This document shows, one piece after another, positions 41,036-51,552 of a stretch of 64,000 bases of DNA. Positions within the stretch are counted from its first letter, which is position 1. Each line of letters starts with the position of its first letter. The stretch is from contig OZ223300.1 of assembly GCA_965140705.1 (NCBI GenBank), forward strand, positions 896,001-960,000. The letters run 5' to 3'. This stretch comes from an uncultured Arcobacter sp. (lineage in GTDB: Bacteria > Campylobacterota > Campylobacteria > Campylobacterales > Arcobacteraceae). Made by a program: the position numbers and the translations under genes. A model generated the notes under the pieces. The model searched no databases. It had not been told where the DNA came from and saw nothing but the letters and a program-made list of their open reading frames with translations.

Positions 41036-41863
41036 TTAAACTCGTCCAAGAGATAGACCCTTGGCAATGTGATTACGAACAAAATAAATAACTATGGCAC
41101 CAGGAACAAGAGTTAAAACTCCTGCTGCTGATAAAACGCCCCAATCAACACCAGAAGCTGATATTGTTTTTGTCATAGTTACTGCTATTGATTTTGCATT
41201 AACTGCTGTTAATGTTCTACTTAATAGTAATTCAACCCAAGAGAACATAAAACAGAAAAATGCACAAACACCGATACCTGAAGCTATCAATGGAGTGAAT
41301 ATTTTTGTAAAAAATGCAAAAAAACTAAATCCATCAATATATGCAGTTTCATCTATTTCTTTTGGTACACCACGCATAAAGCCCTCCAAAATCCAAACAG
41401 ATAATGGTACATTAAATAATGTGTGAGCTAAAGCCACCGCAATATGTGTATCAAATAAACCAACACTTGAATAAAGTTGAAAGAATGGCAGCGCAAATAC
41501 AGCAGGTGGTGCCATTCTGTTAGTTAATAACCAAAAGAACAAATGCTTATCCCCTAGAAATCTATATCTAGAGAAAGCATATGCTGCAGGAAGTGCTACT
41601 AAAACAGAAATAACTGTATTCATAACAACATATATCATTGAGTTAATATATCCCCAATACCAAGTAGGGTCTGTGAATATAACAACATAATTGTGAAATG
41701 TTAGGTTATTAGGAAAAAGTGAAAATGTCCCTAATATCTCTTCATTTGTTTTTAAACTCATATTAACTAACCAATAAACAGGTAACATCAAAAATATGAT
41801 GTATATAAGCATGATAGTAGGAGATTTACTACTAAAAAACCCTTTTTTAGTTGCTGTGCTCAT
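41036..41863 (-). CDS. Glycerol ABC transporter permease (MalG-like; Rhizobium GlpQ type)
   Basis: EAA-like loop EIDETAYIDG and multiple TMs. Confidence 0.9.
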   Translation of the reverse strand: MSTATKKGFFSSKSPTIMLIYIIFLMLPVYWLVNMSLKTNEEILGTFSLFPNNLTFHNYVVIFTDPTWYWGYINSMIYVVMNTVISVLVALPAAYAFSRYRFLGDKHLFFWLLTNRMAPPAVFALPFFQLYSSVGLFDTHIAVALAHTLFNVPLSVWILEGFMRGVPKEIDETAYIDGFSFFAFFTKIFTPLIASGIGVCAFFCFMFSWVELLLSRTLTAVNAKSIAVTMTKTISASGVDWGVLSAAGVLTLVPGAIVIYFVRNHIAKGLSLGRV

Positions 41864-41866
41864 AAA

Positions 41867-42736
41867 TTACTCCTCTTCTTTATCTATGTTTGTCATGATT
41901 GTAAAAAATGCCCAACATGTTAATAGTATCACTAGAAAATATATAAGTGAAAATGCTGCTGCAGGTCCCAAGTCAAATTGACCAATTGCCGTTTTTACTA
42001 AATCAATAGATAAAAATGTAGTTGAATTTCCAGGACCTCCTCCTGTTACAACCATTGGTTCAGTATAAATCATAAAACTATCCATAAATCTAAGTAAAGT
42101 GGCAATTAATAATACTCCCATCATTTTTGGAAGTTGGATATATCTAAAAACACTCCATTTTGAAGCTTGGTCGATTTTTGCTGCTTGATAATATGCTGAA
42201 GGAATTGATTGTAATCCAGCATAACAAAGTAAAACAACTAATGAAGTCCAATGCCATACATCCATTATAATTATAGTAATCCAAGCATCAAGTACATTTT
42301 GAGTATAGTTATAATCAACTCCCATTGATACTAAAGCATGACCCAAAAGCCCAATATCAGTTCTTCCAAAAATTTGCCAAATAGTACCAACTACATTCCA
42401 AGGAACAAGTAGTGGAAGTGCTACTAGTATTAAACAAACCGATGACCAAAAACCTTTTTTAGGCATATGCAAGGCAATAAAAATACCAAGGGGAATCTCT
42501 ATTGCTAAAATGATTCCTGTAAAAAGTATCTGTCTTCCTAATGCCGCATGAATTCTCTCCGAGTGAAGAACTTCTTCAAACCATTGTAATCCGGCAGGGA
42601 AAAATACATTATTTCCAAAGGTATCTTGAACTGAATAATTAACAACTGTCATTAAAGGAATAACAGCAGAAAAACCAACTAAGATAAGTACAGGAAGTAC
42701 AAGAAACCAAGCCTTTTGATTTACTGTTTTTTTCAT
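41867..42736 (-). CDS. Glycerol ABC transporter permease (MalF-like; Rhizobium GlpP type)
   Basis: DVWHWT, YQAAKIDQAS and LLRFMDSF. Confidence 0.9.
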   Translation of the reverse strand: MKKTVNQKAWFLVLPVLILVGFSAVIPLMTVVNYSVQDTFGNNVFFPAGLQWFEEVLHSERIHAALGRQILFTGIILAIEIPLGIFIALHMPKKGFWSSVCLILVALPLLVPWNVVGTIWQIFGRTDIGLLGHALVSMGVDYNYTQNVLDAWITIIIMDVWHWTSLVVLLCYAGLQSIPSAYYQAAKIDQASKWSVFRYIQLPKMMGVLLIATLLRFMDSFMIYTEPMVVTGGGPGNSTTFLSIDLVKTAIGQFDLGPAAAFSLIYFLVILLTCWAFFTIMTNIDKEEE

Positions 42737-43812
42737 AATGCTTCTCCTTCAACCAACCAGTCATTTTGATATACATTTATTTTGTCTAAATCAAAAATCA
42801 TACTACTCATTGTTGGGGTGATTTTTGTATCTTCTGAAACTATTATATTTATATTATTATCTTTGTATTTTGCTCGTACAATTTTATGGTGAGCCACATC
42901 TTCTATTCTAGTAATATCTATTTTAATTCCAGTACCATCTTCGCAAAGATTTATAAACTCAGGTCTAATTCCCAATTGAATTGTCCCATCTAAATCTTTA
43001 TATTTAGAATTTAATTGAATTGTAGTATCTTCTAAAGTTGCAATATTTTCATTGATTTGAACATCAAAAAGATTCATCCCTGGTGAACCAATAAAATAAC
43101 CAACAAAGGTGTGTGCTGGTTTTTCAAATAACTCCTCTGGAGTTCCTATTTGTAAAACAACTCCTTGATTCATAACTACAACTTTATCTGCAAAAGTTAA
43201 AGCTTCTGTTTGGTCATGAGTTACAAATATCATTGTGTGTTTTAACTCTTTGTGTAAGGCTTTTAATTGAGTTCTTAATTCCCATTTCATATGAGGGTCG
43301 ATTACAGTTAATGGTTCATCAAATAAAATTGCATTTACATCTTCCCTAACCATTCCTCTACCTAAAGATATTTTTTGTTTTGCATCAGCTGTTAAGCCAC
43401 TTGCTTTTTTATCCAAAATATCTTCAACTTTTATTGCTTTTGCAATAGCTGAGACTCTTTGTTTGATATATTCAGGTTTTTCATTTCTATTTTTTAAAGG
43501 AAATTCTAGATTTTGTCTGACTGTCATTGTGTCATAGACAACTGGGAATTGGAATACTTGCGCAATATTTCTATGGGCAGTATCTGCACTAGTAACATCA
43601 TTATCATTAAATAGAATTTTACCCTCTGATGGAGTTATTATTCCAGATATAATATTTAGTAAGGTTGATTTCCCACATCCAGATGGTCCAAGTAGTGCAT
43701 ATGCTGCCCCATCTTCCCATTCATGATTTAATGGTTGTAATACATAATCTTTTTCTGAGATTGGATTTTCCATATAACTATGGGCTAAGTTTGAAAGAGT
43801 TATTTTTGCCAT
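42733..43812 (-). CDS. Glycerol ABC transporter ATP-binding protein (Rhizobium GlpT type)
   Basis: GPSGCGKS, degenerate signature LTADAKQ, FDEP and VTHDQ. Confidence 0.9.
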   Translation of the reverse strand: MAKITLSNLAHSYMENPISEKDYVLQPLNHEWEDGAAYALLGPSGCGKSTLLNIISGIITPSEGKILFNDNDVTSADTAHRNIAQVFQFPVVYDTMTVRQNLEFPLKNRNEKPEYIKQRVSAIAKAIKVEDILDKKASGLTADAKQKISLGRGMVREDVNAILFDEPLTVIDPHMKWELRTQLKALHKELKHTMIFVTHDQTEALTFADKVVVMNQGVVLQIGTPEELFEKPAHTFVGYFIGSPGMNLFDVQINENIATLEDTTIQLNSKYKDLDGTIQLGIRPEFINLCEDGTGIKIDITRIEDVAHHKIVRAKYKDNNINIIVSEDTKITPTMSSMIFDLDKINVYQNDWLVEGEAL

Positions 43813-43823
43813 TTTTTCTCCTT

Positions 43824-44912
43824 CTATCTTTCTTCTACATATGAGGCAGTTTTAACTAAATTGCCATCATGAGCAAATACAAAAATATGTCGTGTATCTA
43901 AATATACTGATATTTCTGAATTATATTCTAAGTCATGTACTCCATGAACTAAACCAATCCAATTGTCTTCTTTATGTTGCATATGCAAAAAAGTCTCAGA
44001 ACCTGTGATTTCTGTAACATCTAAGTGAGCAGAAAATTCAATTGAATTTTCTGCTTTTTTTGTAAGCTCTAAGTGATTTGGTCTAAATCCTGCTAAATAT
44101 TTTCCATCTTTTATATCTTTTAGTCCATTTGTAGCAAGTGCTTTTTGTCTATCTCCATAATAAAAGTACTCGCCTTCTTTTTTTATTTTTAAAAAATTCA
44201 TTGCAGGATTTGAAAAAACTTTAGCTGTAATTGCATTATTTGGTTTGTGATATACTTTTGTTGTTTCACCAAATTGTGTTACTTTACCTTCCCATAATGT
44301 TACAACATTACCGCCTAATAGTAATGCTTCCTCTGGTTCAGTTGTAGCGTATACAAAAATTGCTCCAGATTTCTCAAACATTTTAGGAATCTCTTCCCTT
44401 AACTCTTCTCTTAGTTTATAATCTAAATTTGCAAGGGGTTCATCTAATAATACTAATCCAGAACCTTTTACTAATGAACGAGCTAGTGCACATCTTTGTT
44501 GTTGCCCACCTGATAATTCTAAAGGTTTTCTATCTAGCATATTTGTTAAACGCATAAGTGCAGCTGTTTCTCTTACTGCTTTATCTATTTCATCTGAGTC
44601 TTTTTTCATTATTCTTAAAGGTGCTGCAATATTATCATAAACAGTCATTGAAGGATAATTTACAAATTGTTGGTATACCATTGCTACTTTTCTATCTTGA
44701 ACTCTCATTCTAGTAACATCTTTACCTTCCCATATAATTCTACCTGTTGTAGGTACATCTAATCCTGCCATTATTCTCATCAAGGTTGTTTTTCCTGATA
44801 AGGTTCTACCTAGAAGTACATTCATCGTACCTTTTTGTAATGTTAGGTTTGTATTATAAATATGAGTTTGTCCATCAACTTTCATTGATACATTCTCAAG
44901 TTCTAATGACAT
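43824..44912 (-). CDS. Glycerol ABC transporter ATP-binding protein (Rhizobium GlpS type)
   Basis: GRTLSGKT, LSGGQQQR and LDEP; H-loop His absent (YATTEP). Confidence 0.9.
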   Translation of the reverse strand: MSLELENVSMKVDGQTHIYNTNLTLQKGTMNVLLGRTLSGKTTLMRIMAGLDVPTTGRIIWEGKDVTRMRVQDRKVAMVYQQFVNYPSMTVYDNIAAPLRIMKKDSDEIDKAVRETAALMRLTNMLDRKPLELSGGQQQRCALARSLVKGSGLVLLDEPLANLDYKLREELREEIPKMFEKSGAIFVYATTEPEEALLLGGNVVTLWEGKVTQFGETTKVYHKPNNAITAKVFSNPAMNFLKIKKEGEYFYYGDRQKALATNGLKDIKDGKYLAGFRPNHLELTKKAENSIEFSAHLDVTEITGSETFLHMQHKEDNWIGLVHGVHDLEYNSEISVYLDTRHIFVFAHDGNLVKTASYVEER

Positions 44913-44928
44913 TCAATCTCCTTGCTAC

Positions 44929-44990
44929 TAATGTTATAAAAAAAGTTATTATTATAAATAAATCTTTTCACATCATAACATTATAATGTT
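44929..44990. promoter_or_regulatory. TTATAA-repeat operator boxes upstream of the ABC operon
   Basis: TAATGTTATAA (44929-44939) and ATAACATTATAATGTT (44975-44990). Confidence 0.65.
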
Positions 44991-45242
44991 GTCTTTAATA
45001 GTGACGTATAGAATTTTAAACTAAGCTTAAAATGGTGACCATTTTTTAATCTTTAATTGAAATATTTTTTATCTTCAAACGTAGCAATAAAATAGCATTG
45101 CGATTCGATGGTATCTAGCTTGTATTGACCTTATAAATCACTTAAAATGGATTTTAAAAATTGTGAAAAAACTTGTTTTTTTAAGTTGGAGATTTGAAGG
45201 ATAATTTTTTATTATTATAATTTATTTAATATTCTTTTTATA

Positions 45243-45286
45243 GTTATATCATTATAATGTCTTAAATACATTATAACCTTATAATG
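45243..45286. promoter_or_regulatory. TTATAA-repeat operator boxes upstream of glpD
   Basis: GTTATATCATTATAATG (45243-45259) and CATTATAACCTTATAATG (45269-45286). Confidence 0.65.
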
Positions 45287-45311
45287 AAATCTACTTAAGG
45301 ATAGTAAGATT

Positions 45312-46871
45312 ATGAAAAGTAATAAATATGACATTATCATTATTGGTGGGGGAGCAACAGGAAGTGGAACAGCTTTAGATGCAGCATCTAGAGGATTTAA
45401 AACTTTAGTGTTAGAAAAAAATGATTTTGCAGAAGGAACTAGTTCAAGAAGTACTAAATTGGTACATGGGGGAGTTCGTTATTTAGAAGCTGCTGTAAAA
45501 GGCTTGAATAAAGATCAATACAATTTAGTGAAAGAGGGATTAAAAGAGCGGTCAAGACTTTTAAAAAATGCACCACACTTATGTTCTAGACTTACCCTTG
45601 TAACTCCTATATATAAATGGTGGGAATTACCTTATATGTTTATAGGTTTGAGCCTATATGACTTTGTATCTGGAAGAAGGGGACTTGGTAGAAGTTCAAT
45701 TGTTTGTAAAGATAAGATGATAAATAACTTTCCTAGTATCAAAAAAGATTCTTTAGTAGGTGGAGTTAAATATTATGATGGAAGTTTTAATGACTCAAGA
45801 TTAAATGTAACATTATTAAAAACAGCACAAAAATTTGGAGCTGATTGTAGAAATTATAGTGAAGTAGAAGAGTTTTTGTATGAAGATGGGAAAATCTCTG
45901 GGGTAAAAGTAAGAAATAAAATTACAGATGAAACTTATATTGTAAACTCAAAAGTTATAATAAATGCAACGGGAGCATTTTCTGATAAGGTAAGAACTTT
46001 AGATAATAAAGAAGCAAAAAAAATGCTTGATTTAAGTTCTGGTATCCATATTGTATTAGATAAAAAATATTTACCTTCCGAAGAGGGCTTGATGATTCCT
46101 AAAACTGAAGATGGAAGAGTTTTATTTATACTTCCTTGGATGGGTAAATGTTTAGTTGGAACTACTGATGAGAAAACAACTTTAAGTGAACACCCTGAGG
46201 TATCTCAAAAAGATATAAAATATATATTAAAACATCTAGAAATCTATTTTGATTTAAAAATAGATGAAAGTGAAATATTATCTTCATGGTGTGGAATAAG
46301 ACCCTTAGTAGCAGCACCAAAAAATGCATCAACAAAAAGTATTGTAAGGGAGCATATTATTATTAGTTCTGATTCTGGATTAGTTAGTATTCTTGGTGGT
46401 AAATGGACTACTTATAGAAAGATGTCAGAAGAACTTGTTGATTATGTAACTTCTAAATTTGCTTTAAAAAATAAAGAATGTCAAACAAAAAAATTAAAAT
46501 TAATAGGAAGTGAGAACTTTACAAAAGAGATGCAAGTTGACTGTTTAGATGAAGATATTAAAAATTATTTGATTAAGATGTATGGTGATAAAGCAAGTGA
46601 TGTTTTAAATTGTGTTGAAACAGTAGAAAGATTGCACAAAGATTATTCACATACTAATGCAGAATTAATTTATACTATTAAAGAAGAGTTTGTACAAAAA
46701 CCTATGGATTATATAGTAAGAAGAACATCTTTAGCCTTGATTGATAAAAAAGCAGCAATAGAAATTTTAGATAAAGTATTAGAAATAATGCAAAAAGAGT
46801 TAAATTGGGATGAAAAAAGAGTAAATATTGAGAAAGAAAATTCATTGGAGTTATTAAATAATTCATTATAA
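45312..46871 (+). CDS. glpD: FAD-dependent glycerol-3-phosphate dehydrogenase
   Basis: GGGATG, DFAEGTSSRSTKLVHGGVRYLE, GTTD and GGKWTTYRKM. Confidence 0.96.
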   Translation: MKSNKYDIIIIGGGATGSGTALDAASRGFKTLVLEKNDFAEGTSSRSTKLVHGGVRYLEAAVKGLNKDQYNLVKEGLKERSRLLKNAPHLCSRLTLVTPIYKWWELPYMFIGLSLYDFVSGRRGLGRSSIVCKDKMINNFPSIKKDSLVGGVKYYDGSFNDSRLNVTLLKTAQKFGADCRNYSEVEEFLYEDGKISGVKVRNKITDETYIVNSKVIINATGAFSDKVRTLDNKEAKKMLDLSSGIHIVLDKKYLPSEEGLMIPKTEDGRVLFILPWMGKCLVGTTDEKTTLSEHPEVSQKDIKYILKHLEIYFDLKIDESEILSSWCGIRPLVAAPKNASTKSIVREHIIISSDSGLVSILGGKWTTYRKMSEELVDYVTSKFALKNKECQTKKLKLIGSENFTKEMQVDCLDEDIKNYLIKMYGDKASDVLNCVETVERLHKDYSHTNAELIYTIKEEFVQKPMDYIVRRTSLALIDKKAAIEILDKVLEIMQKELNWDEKRVNIEKENSLELLNNSL

Positions 46872-46972
46872 CAAATATTAAGTACACTTTAAAATTGAAT
46901 TATGTAATATGTAATAATAAATAGAATATATTGTTATAATATATTATAAATCAATATTTATCTTAAAAGGAA

Positions 46973-47710
46973 ATGCTTTTGTTTGTTAAAAATGGTATAC
47001 CCTTGTATCTACAATTAAAAGAGAAATTATTAGAAGATATTAAATTAAATTACAAAGCTGATGATATTATACCAGCTGAGGGCAAAATTGAAGAGAAATA
47101 TCAAGTAAGTAGAATAACTGTAAGAAAAGCTATTGAAGAGTTAGAGCGTGAAAATGTGGTTATTAAAAAACAAGGTAAAGGAACTTTCGTACAAGAAAAG
47201 AAAGTCCTTTATGATGCGAATTCTATTGGTTCTTTAACTCAAAGACTAGAAAAACAAAAACATCTTCTAACTACAAAGTCTATATCTTTTGAAATAATAG
47301 AAGAGGGTGAAGAACACTTTGTTAAAGATATGCTAAATTGTGAAAAATTATTATGTATTAGAAGAACTAGATTATTAAATGAAGTTCCTTTTGCCTTGAT
47401 GATAAATTATTTTGATGTAAATACAGTACCTGACATTGAAAAAAAACTAAATCTTGAATCATTATATGCCTTTTTGAAAGAAGAATATAATATTGAGTTT
47501 TACAATGCGGAAGAGATAGTAGAAGCAAAAGCTGCAAATAAAGATGAAGCTAAAAAACTAAATGTAAAAGAAGGTTTTCCTTTATTATCTTTAAAAAGAC
47601 TTTCATATGATAGAAGTAATAAGCCAATTGAGTATTCAAATTTAGTTATCAAATCAGATATGTATAAACATAAAATCATTTTATCAAATGATAAAATGTC
47701 AAATATATAA
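46973..47710 (+). CDS. GntR family regulator, HutC/UTRA subfamily (copy 1)
   Basis: PLYLQLK, VSRITVRKAI, QGKGTFV and UTRA C-domain. True start may be TTG 46979. Confidence 0.93.
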   Translation: MLLFVKNGIPLYLQLKEKLLEDIKLNYKADDIIPAEGKIEEKYQVSRITVRKAIEELERENVVIKKQGKGTFVQEKKVLYDANSIGSLTQRLEKQKHLLTTKSISFEIIEEGEEHFVKDMLNCEKLLCIRRTRLLNEVPFALMINYFDVNTVPDIEKKLNLESLYAFLKEEYNIEFYNAEEIVEAKAANKDEAKKLNVKEGFPLLSLKRLSYDRSNKPIEYSNLVIKSDMYKHKIILSNDKMSNI

Positions 47711-47727
47711 GTGTAAGGATATGATTA

Positions 47728-48453
47728 TTGTTTGCTAAGAATGGTATTCCCCTATATGTACAATTAAAAGAGAAGTTATTAAAAGATATCAAAGCTAATT
47801 ATAAAGCTGGAGATCTATTTTCTCCTGAAATAAAAATAGAAAAAGAGTATGAAGTAAGTAGAATAACTGTAAGAAAAGCTATTGAACTACTTGAAAGAGA
47901 TAATATCTTAGAGAAAAAACAAGGTTCAGGAACTTTTATAAAAGAGCAAAAAATTCTTTATGATGCAAACTCTATTGGCTCTTTAACCCAAAGGTTAGAA
48001 AAACAAAACCATAAACTAACCACTAAATCAATTGAATTCTTAGTCATAAAAAAAGAGCATTATGTAAAAGAGTTATTAAACTGTGATACATTGTTGTGTA
48101 TAAAAAGATTTAGAGAGATGGATGGAGTGCCTTTTGCTTTGATGTTAAATTACTTAGATTATGAAAAGGTACCAAATCTAAAAGAAAAGTTTAAAATAGA
48201 ATCTTTATATACCTTTTTAAAAGATGAATATAATATTGAATTTTATAATGCCCAAGAGACAGTTGAAGCAAAAGACTCTACAAAAGAGGAAGCCCAAAAA
48301 CTAGGTATAAAAAAGGGTTCATCTCTTCTTTCTTTACATAGATTATCTTTTGATAAAGATAATAATCCTGTAGAGTATTCAGATATATTAATTAAAGCAA
48401 ATATGTATAAACATAAAATTACTTTATCAAACGATAAAATCTCAAATTACTAA
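47728..48453 (+). CDS. GntR family regulator, HutC/UTRA subfamily (copy 2)
   Basis: Close paralog of the preceding gene; TTG start with AAGGA RBS. Confidence 0.93.
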   Translation: MFAKNGIPLYVQLKEKLLKDIKANYKAGDLFSPEIKIEKEYEVSRITVRKAIELLERDNILEKKQGSGTFIKEQKILYDANSIGSLTQRLEKQNHKLTTKSIEFLVIKKEHYVKELLNCDTLLCIKRFREMDGVPFALMLNYLDYEKVPNLKEKFKIESLYTFLKDEYNIEFYNAQETVEAKDSTKEEAQKLGIKKGSSLLSLHRLSFDKDNNPVEYSDILIKANMYKHKITLSNDKISNY

Positions 48454-48487
48454 TAAAATCTTAGAAATACCATCATAATAAATCTTT

Positions 48488-48496
48488 TGATATAAT
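48488..48496 (+). promoter_or_regulatory. Extended -10 promoter (TGnTATAAT) of argH
   Basis: TGATATAAT 37 nt upstream of the ATG. Confidence 0.65.
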
Positions 48497-48533
48497 GCAA
48501 AAAATTTATAATAGATTATAAAGGATAGTTTTA

Positions 48534-49916
48534 ATGGCAAATGACCAAATCTTAAAAAATACAAATGCAAAGCTTCTAGATGAATTTAATGCTTCAGTTA
48601 TGTTTGACAAAGAACTTTATGCGCAAGATATAAAAGGTTCAATCGCACACTCTCAAATGTTAAAAGAACAAGGTATTTTGACAAAAGAAGACCAAGAAGA
48701 TATTGAAAATGGATTACTTCAAGTAAAAGAGGAGATAGAATCAGGAAAGTTTGAATTTAAAATAGAACATGAAGATATTCATATGGCAGTTGAAAGTAGA
48801 TTAACTGAGATTATTGGAGAAGCTGGAAAAAGACTTCACACTGCAAGAAGTAGAAATGACCAAGTTGCTACTGACTTTAGACTTTATGTTCAAGATAAAA
48901 ATCTATCAATCAAAGCACAGTTGAAAGAGCTAGTAAATACCTTTGTTGAGGTTGCTAAAAAACATACAGAAACATTAATTCCAGGAATGACTCATTTACA
49001 ACATGCACAACCAATAAACTTCGGTTATCACATGTTAGCTTATGCAAATATGTTTAAAAGAGATTTTGAAAGATTTGAAAGTTCTTATGAAAGAAACAAC
49101 TATTGTCCTTTAGGAAGTGCTGCATTAGCAGGAACACCACACAATATAAATAGATTTTCAACTTCTGAAAAACTAGGATTTAATTCTCCAACTATAAGTG
49201 CCCTTGATACAGTTTCTGATAGGGATTTTGCTTTAGAGATTTTATTTAATATAAGCACTTCTATGATGCATATTTCTAGAATATCTGAAGAGTTAGTAAC
49301 TTGGTCATCTTATGAGTTTCAATTTGTAAGAATGAGTGATGAGTATGCAACAACTTCTTCAATTATGCCACAAAAGAAAAATCCAGATGTTCCTGAATTA
49401 CTTAGAGGTAAAACTGGAAGAGTTTATGGAAATTTAGTTTCATTATTAACTGTTATGAAAGGTTTACCATTAGCTTATAATAAAGATACTCAAGAAGATA
49501 AAGAGGGTGTTTTTGATTCTGTTAAGACTATTGAAATCTCTATTTCTATTTTAAATGAAGTTATAAAAACTATGATAGTAAATGTAGATAAAATGGCAAA
49601 TGCTTGTAAAATAGGACACTTAAGTGCTACAGACTTAGCTGACTATTTAGTTCAAAAGCAAGCTATGCCTTTTAGAACAGCATACTATATTACTAAAGAT
49701 GTGGTTGCAGTTGCAAATAGTTTAAATAAAGATATTAGTGAATTAACTCTTGAGGAGATTAGATCTTCCAATGATGAGATAAAAAATATAGATGAAGAGA
49801 TTTTGATGTATTTGGATTTGAAAGCTTCTATGAATGCAAGAACATCATTTGGTGGAACATCTACAAAAAATACAAAAGAGCAAATTGAAATATTTGAGAA
49901 GTGGTTAAAAAATTAG
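48534..49916 (+). CDS. argH: Argininosuccinate lyase
   Basis: [21 protein letters not shown] and [11 protein letters not shown]. Confidence 0.98.
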   Translation: MANDQILKNTNAKLLDEFNASVMFDKELYAQDIKGSIAHSQMLKEQGILTKEDQEDIENGLLQVKEEIESGKFEFKIEHEDIHMAVESRLTEIIGEAGKRLHTARSRNDQVATDFRLYVQDKNLSIKAQLKELVNTFVEVAKKHTETLIPGMTHLQHAQPINFGYHMLAYANMFKRDFERFESSYERNNYCPLGSAALAGTPHNINRFSTSEKLGFNSPTISALDTVSDRDFALEILFNISTSMMHISRISEELVTWSSYEFQFVRMSDEYATTSSIMPQKKNPDVPELLRGKTGRVYGNLVSLLTVMKGLPLAYNKDTQEDKEGVFDSVKTIEISISILNEVIKTMIVNVDKMANACKIGHLSATDLADYLVQKQAMPFRTAYYITKDVVAVANSLNKDISELTLEEIRSSNDEIKNIDEEILMYLDLKASMNARTSFGGTSTKNTKEQIEIFEKWLKN

Positions 49917-49939
49917 ATGATTTAAATCATCTAATTTTT
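49908..49939. terminator. Bidirectional terminator between argH and cheV
   Basis: AAAAATTAGATGATTT/AAATCATCTAATTTTT perfect palindrome. Confidence 0.8.
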
Positions 49940-50842
49940 TTAAGCTAAGAATTCTTTAGCTGTAGTATATAGTGCTTGGATATCAGTTTTACCAATAAAC
50001 CCATTAACACCAATTTGGTTCATTTTATTTTTAACAGCATCTGTTGTCATAGATGAGTTTACTATTACAGGGATACTAGCATATTTATTACTTGATTTTA
50101 TGAACTGAGCAACTTGAAAACCATCTGTTTCTGGCATTTCAATATCTGTAATTACAAGACCTACACTTTCTGGGTCAATTTCTCTTACTCTATCTAAAAG
50201 ATCTGCACCATTATTATAGATTTCATATTTTACATTTGCTTTTTTGAAAAATTTTCTTAAAACTTCTCTTGCAACATTTGAATCTTCTGCTGCTAAAACA
50301 AGTTTTTTACTAGTAAATGGAGCTTCAATGTATTTATTCATAACATCATCGCCATCATTTACCCAACCTAAGTCTTTTAATAGTTGTTCTGCATTAAATA
50401 CTGTACATAATTCATCTTTATCATGAACTTTTACATATGTAGTATAGGTGATTTTTGAATTAGTTTCTTCTGAATGTCTTAGTTCATCAGTAGTCTTTTC
50501 TACAATGTCAAGCATATCTTTAATTAGAAAACCTACTTTTTTATGATTAAATTCACAATAAATAATCAATTTATATTCATTGATTTCAAGTGTTTTATTT
50601 CCTAACCATGCATCAAGTTTAATTAAAGTAACTGGCTCACCTCTAATAGTAGCAATACCTGCAATTACATCTGTATCAGATGGTGTATCGTTGATTGTTA
50701 CTTCTTCAGTTATTACAAAAGCTTTTACTTTAGCAATATTTATTGCATAGATATTATTTTTACCAGTATAAAATACAGCTAACTGTTGTACATTTCTAAG
50801 GTGCCCTTGAGTCATTTGCTCAACACTATTTATACCACTCAT
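49940..50842 (-). CDS. cheV: Chemotaxis protein CheV (CheW + receiver)
   Basis: YAINIAKVK and IRG CheW domain; AEDS, TDIEMP and NSS receiver motifs. Confidence 0.93.
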   Translation of the reverse strand: MSGINSVEQMTQGHLRNVQQLAVFYTGKNNIYAINIAKVKAFVITEEVTINDTPSDTDVIAGIATIRGEPVTLIKLDAWLGNKTLEINEYKLIIYCEFNHKKVGFLIKDMLDIVEKTTDELRHSEETNSKITYTTYVKVHDKDELCTVFNAEQLLKDLGWVNDGDDVMNKYIEAPFTSKKLVLAAEDSNVAREVLRKFFKKANVKYEIYNNGADLLDRVREIDPESVGLVITDIEMPETDGFQVAQFIKSSNKYASIPVIVNSSMTTDAVKNKMNQIGVNGFIGKTDIQALYTTAKEFLA

Positions 50843-50907
50843 GTATTCCCTTTTTTTGCAAATATTCTTATTATATTAATTTTTTTCTTATAGTTTATTG
50901 ATTTTTT

Positions 50908-51552
50908 CTAATTAGCAATTATTTTTTGAATTGTAACAGAAGACATCATCAAACCAAAAGAGCCAGTAACTCCCTCAAAGCTTCCTTTTTCAATGCAGTT
51001 TGGATTCTCACCTGAAAAAATTACTTTGAACTTTTTTTTAAAGCCTCGTTTTTTTAATTCGTATCTTATTTTTCTAATAAATGGATCATTGTACGTATCC
51101 CAAATCGAAATATATTCAATCTTTGATGGATCAATTCTTTTTGCACTACCACTTGTAGTTATAAGTTTATCGTAATATTTTTGAATTAGTCTAACTTTTG
51201 GTTTAATATCATCAATTGCATCTAAAATATATGAATATGATGAGAAATCAAATTCATCAACCCAAGATTCTGTAATCTTTTCATATATAATTTCTACATT
51301 TGGGTACTTCTCTTTTAAAGCTTCAACTTTTATTCTTCCAATATTGCCTTCACTTCCCATTTGTCTATTTAAATTTGACTCTTCATAAGTATCAAAATCT
51401 ACTATTGTTATATTTGTTACTCCTGTTCTATAAAGTGAATCTAGTGCAAATGAGCCAACACCACCTACACCTAAAAGTATTATTTTAGTATTTTGAAATT
51501 TATTAAAATTATTATCTCCAAAAAGTTTTAGAGTTCTATCATATTTTGACAT
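50908..51552 (-). CDS. tcdA: ThiF/E1-like tRNA threonylcarbamoyladenosine dehydratase
   Basis: GVGGVGS, DFD..EESNLNRQ, DAID and DPF...IR..L. Start set at ATG 51552. Confidence 0.85.
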   Translation of the reverse strand: MSKYDRTLKLFGDNNFNKFQNTKIILLGVGGVGSFALDSLYRTGVTNITIVDFDTYEESNLNRQMGSEGNIGRIKVEALKEKYPNVEIIYEKITESWVDEFDFSSYSYILDAIDDIKPKVRLIQKYYDKLITTSGSAKRIDPSKIEYISIWDTYNDPFIRKIRYELKKRGFKKKFKVIFSGENPNCIEKGSFEGVTGSFGLMMSSVTIQKIIAN

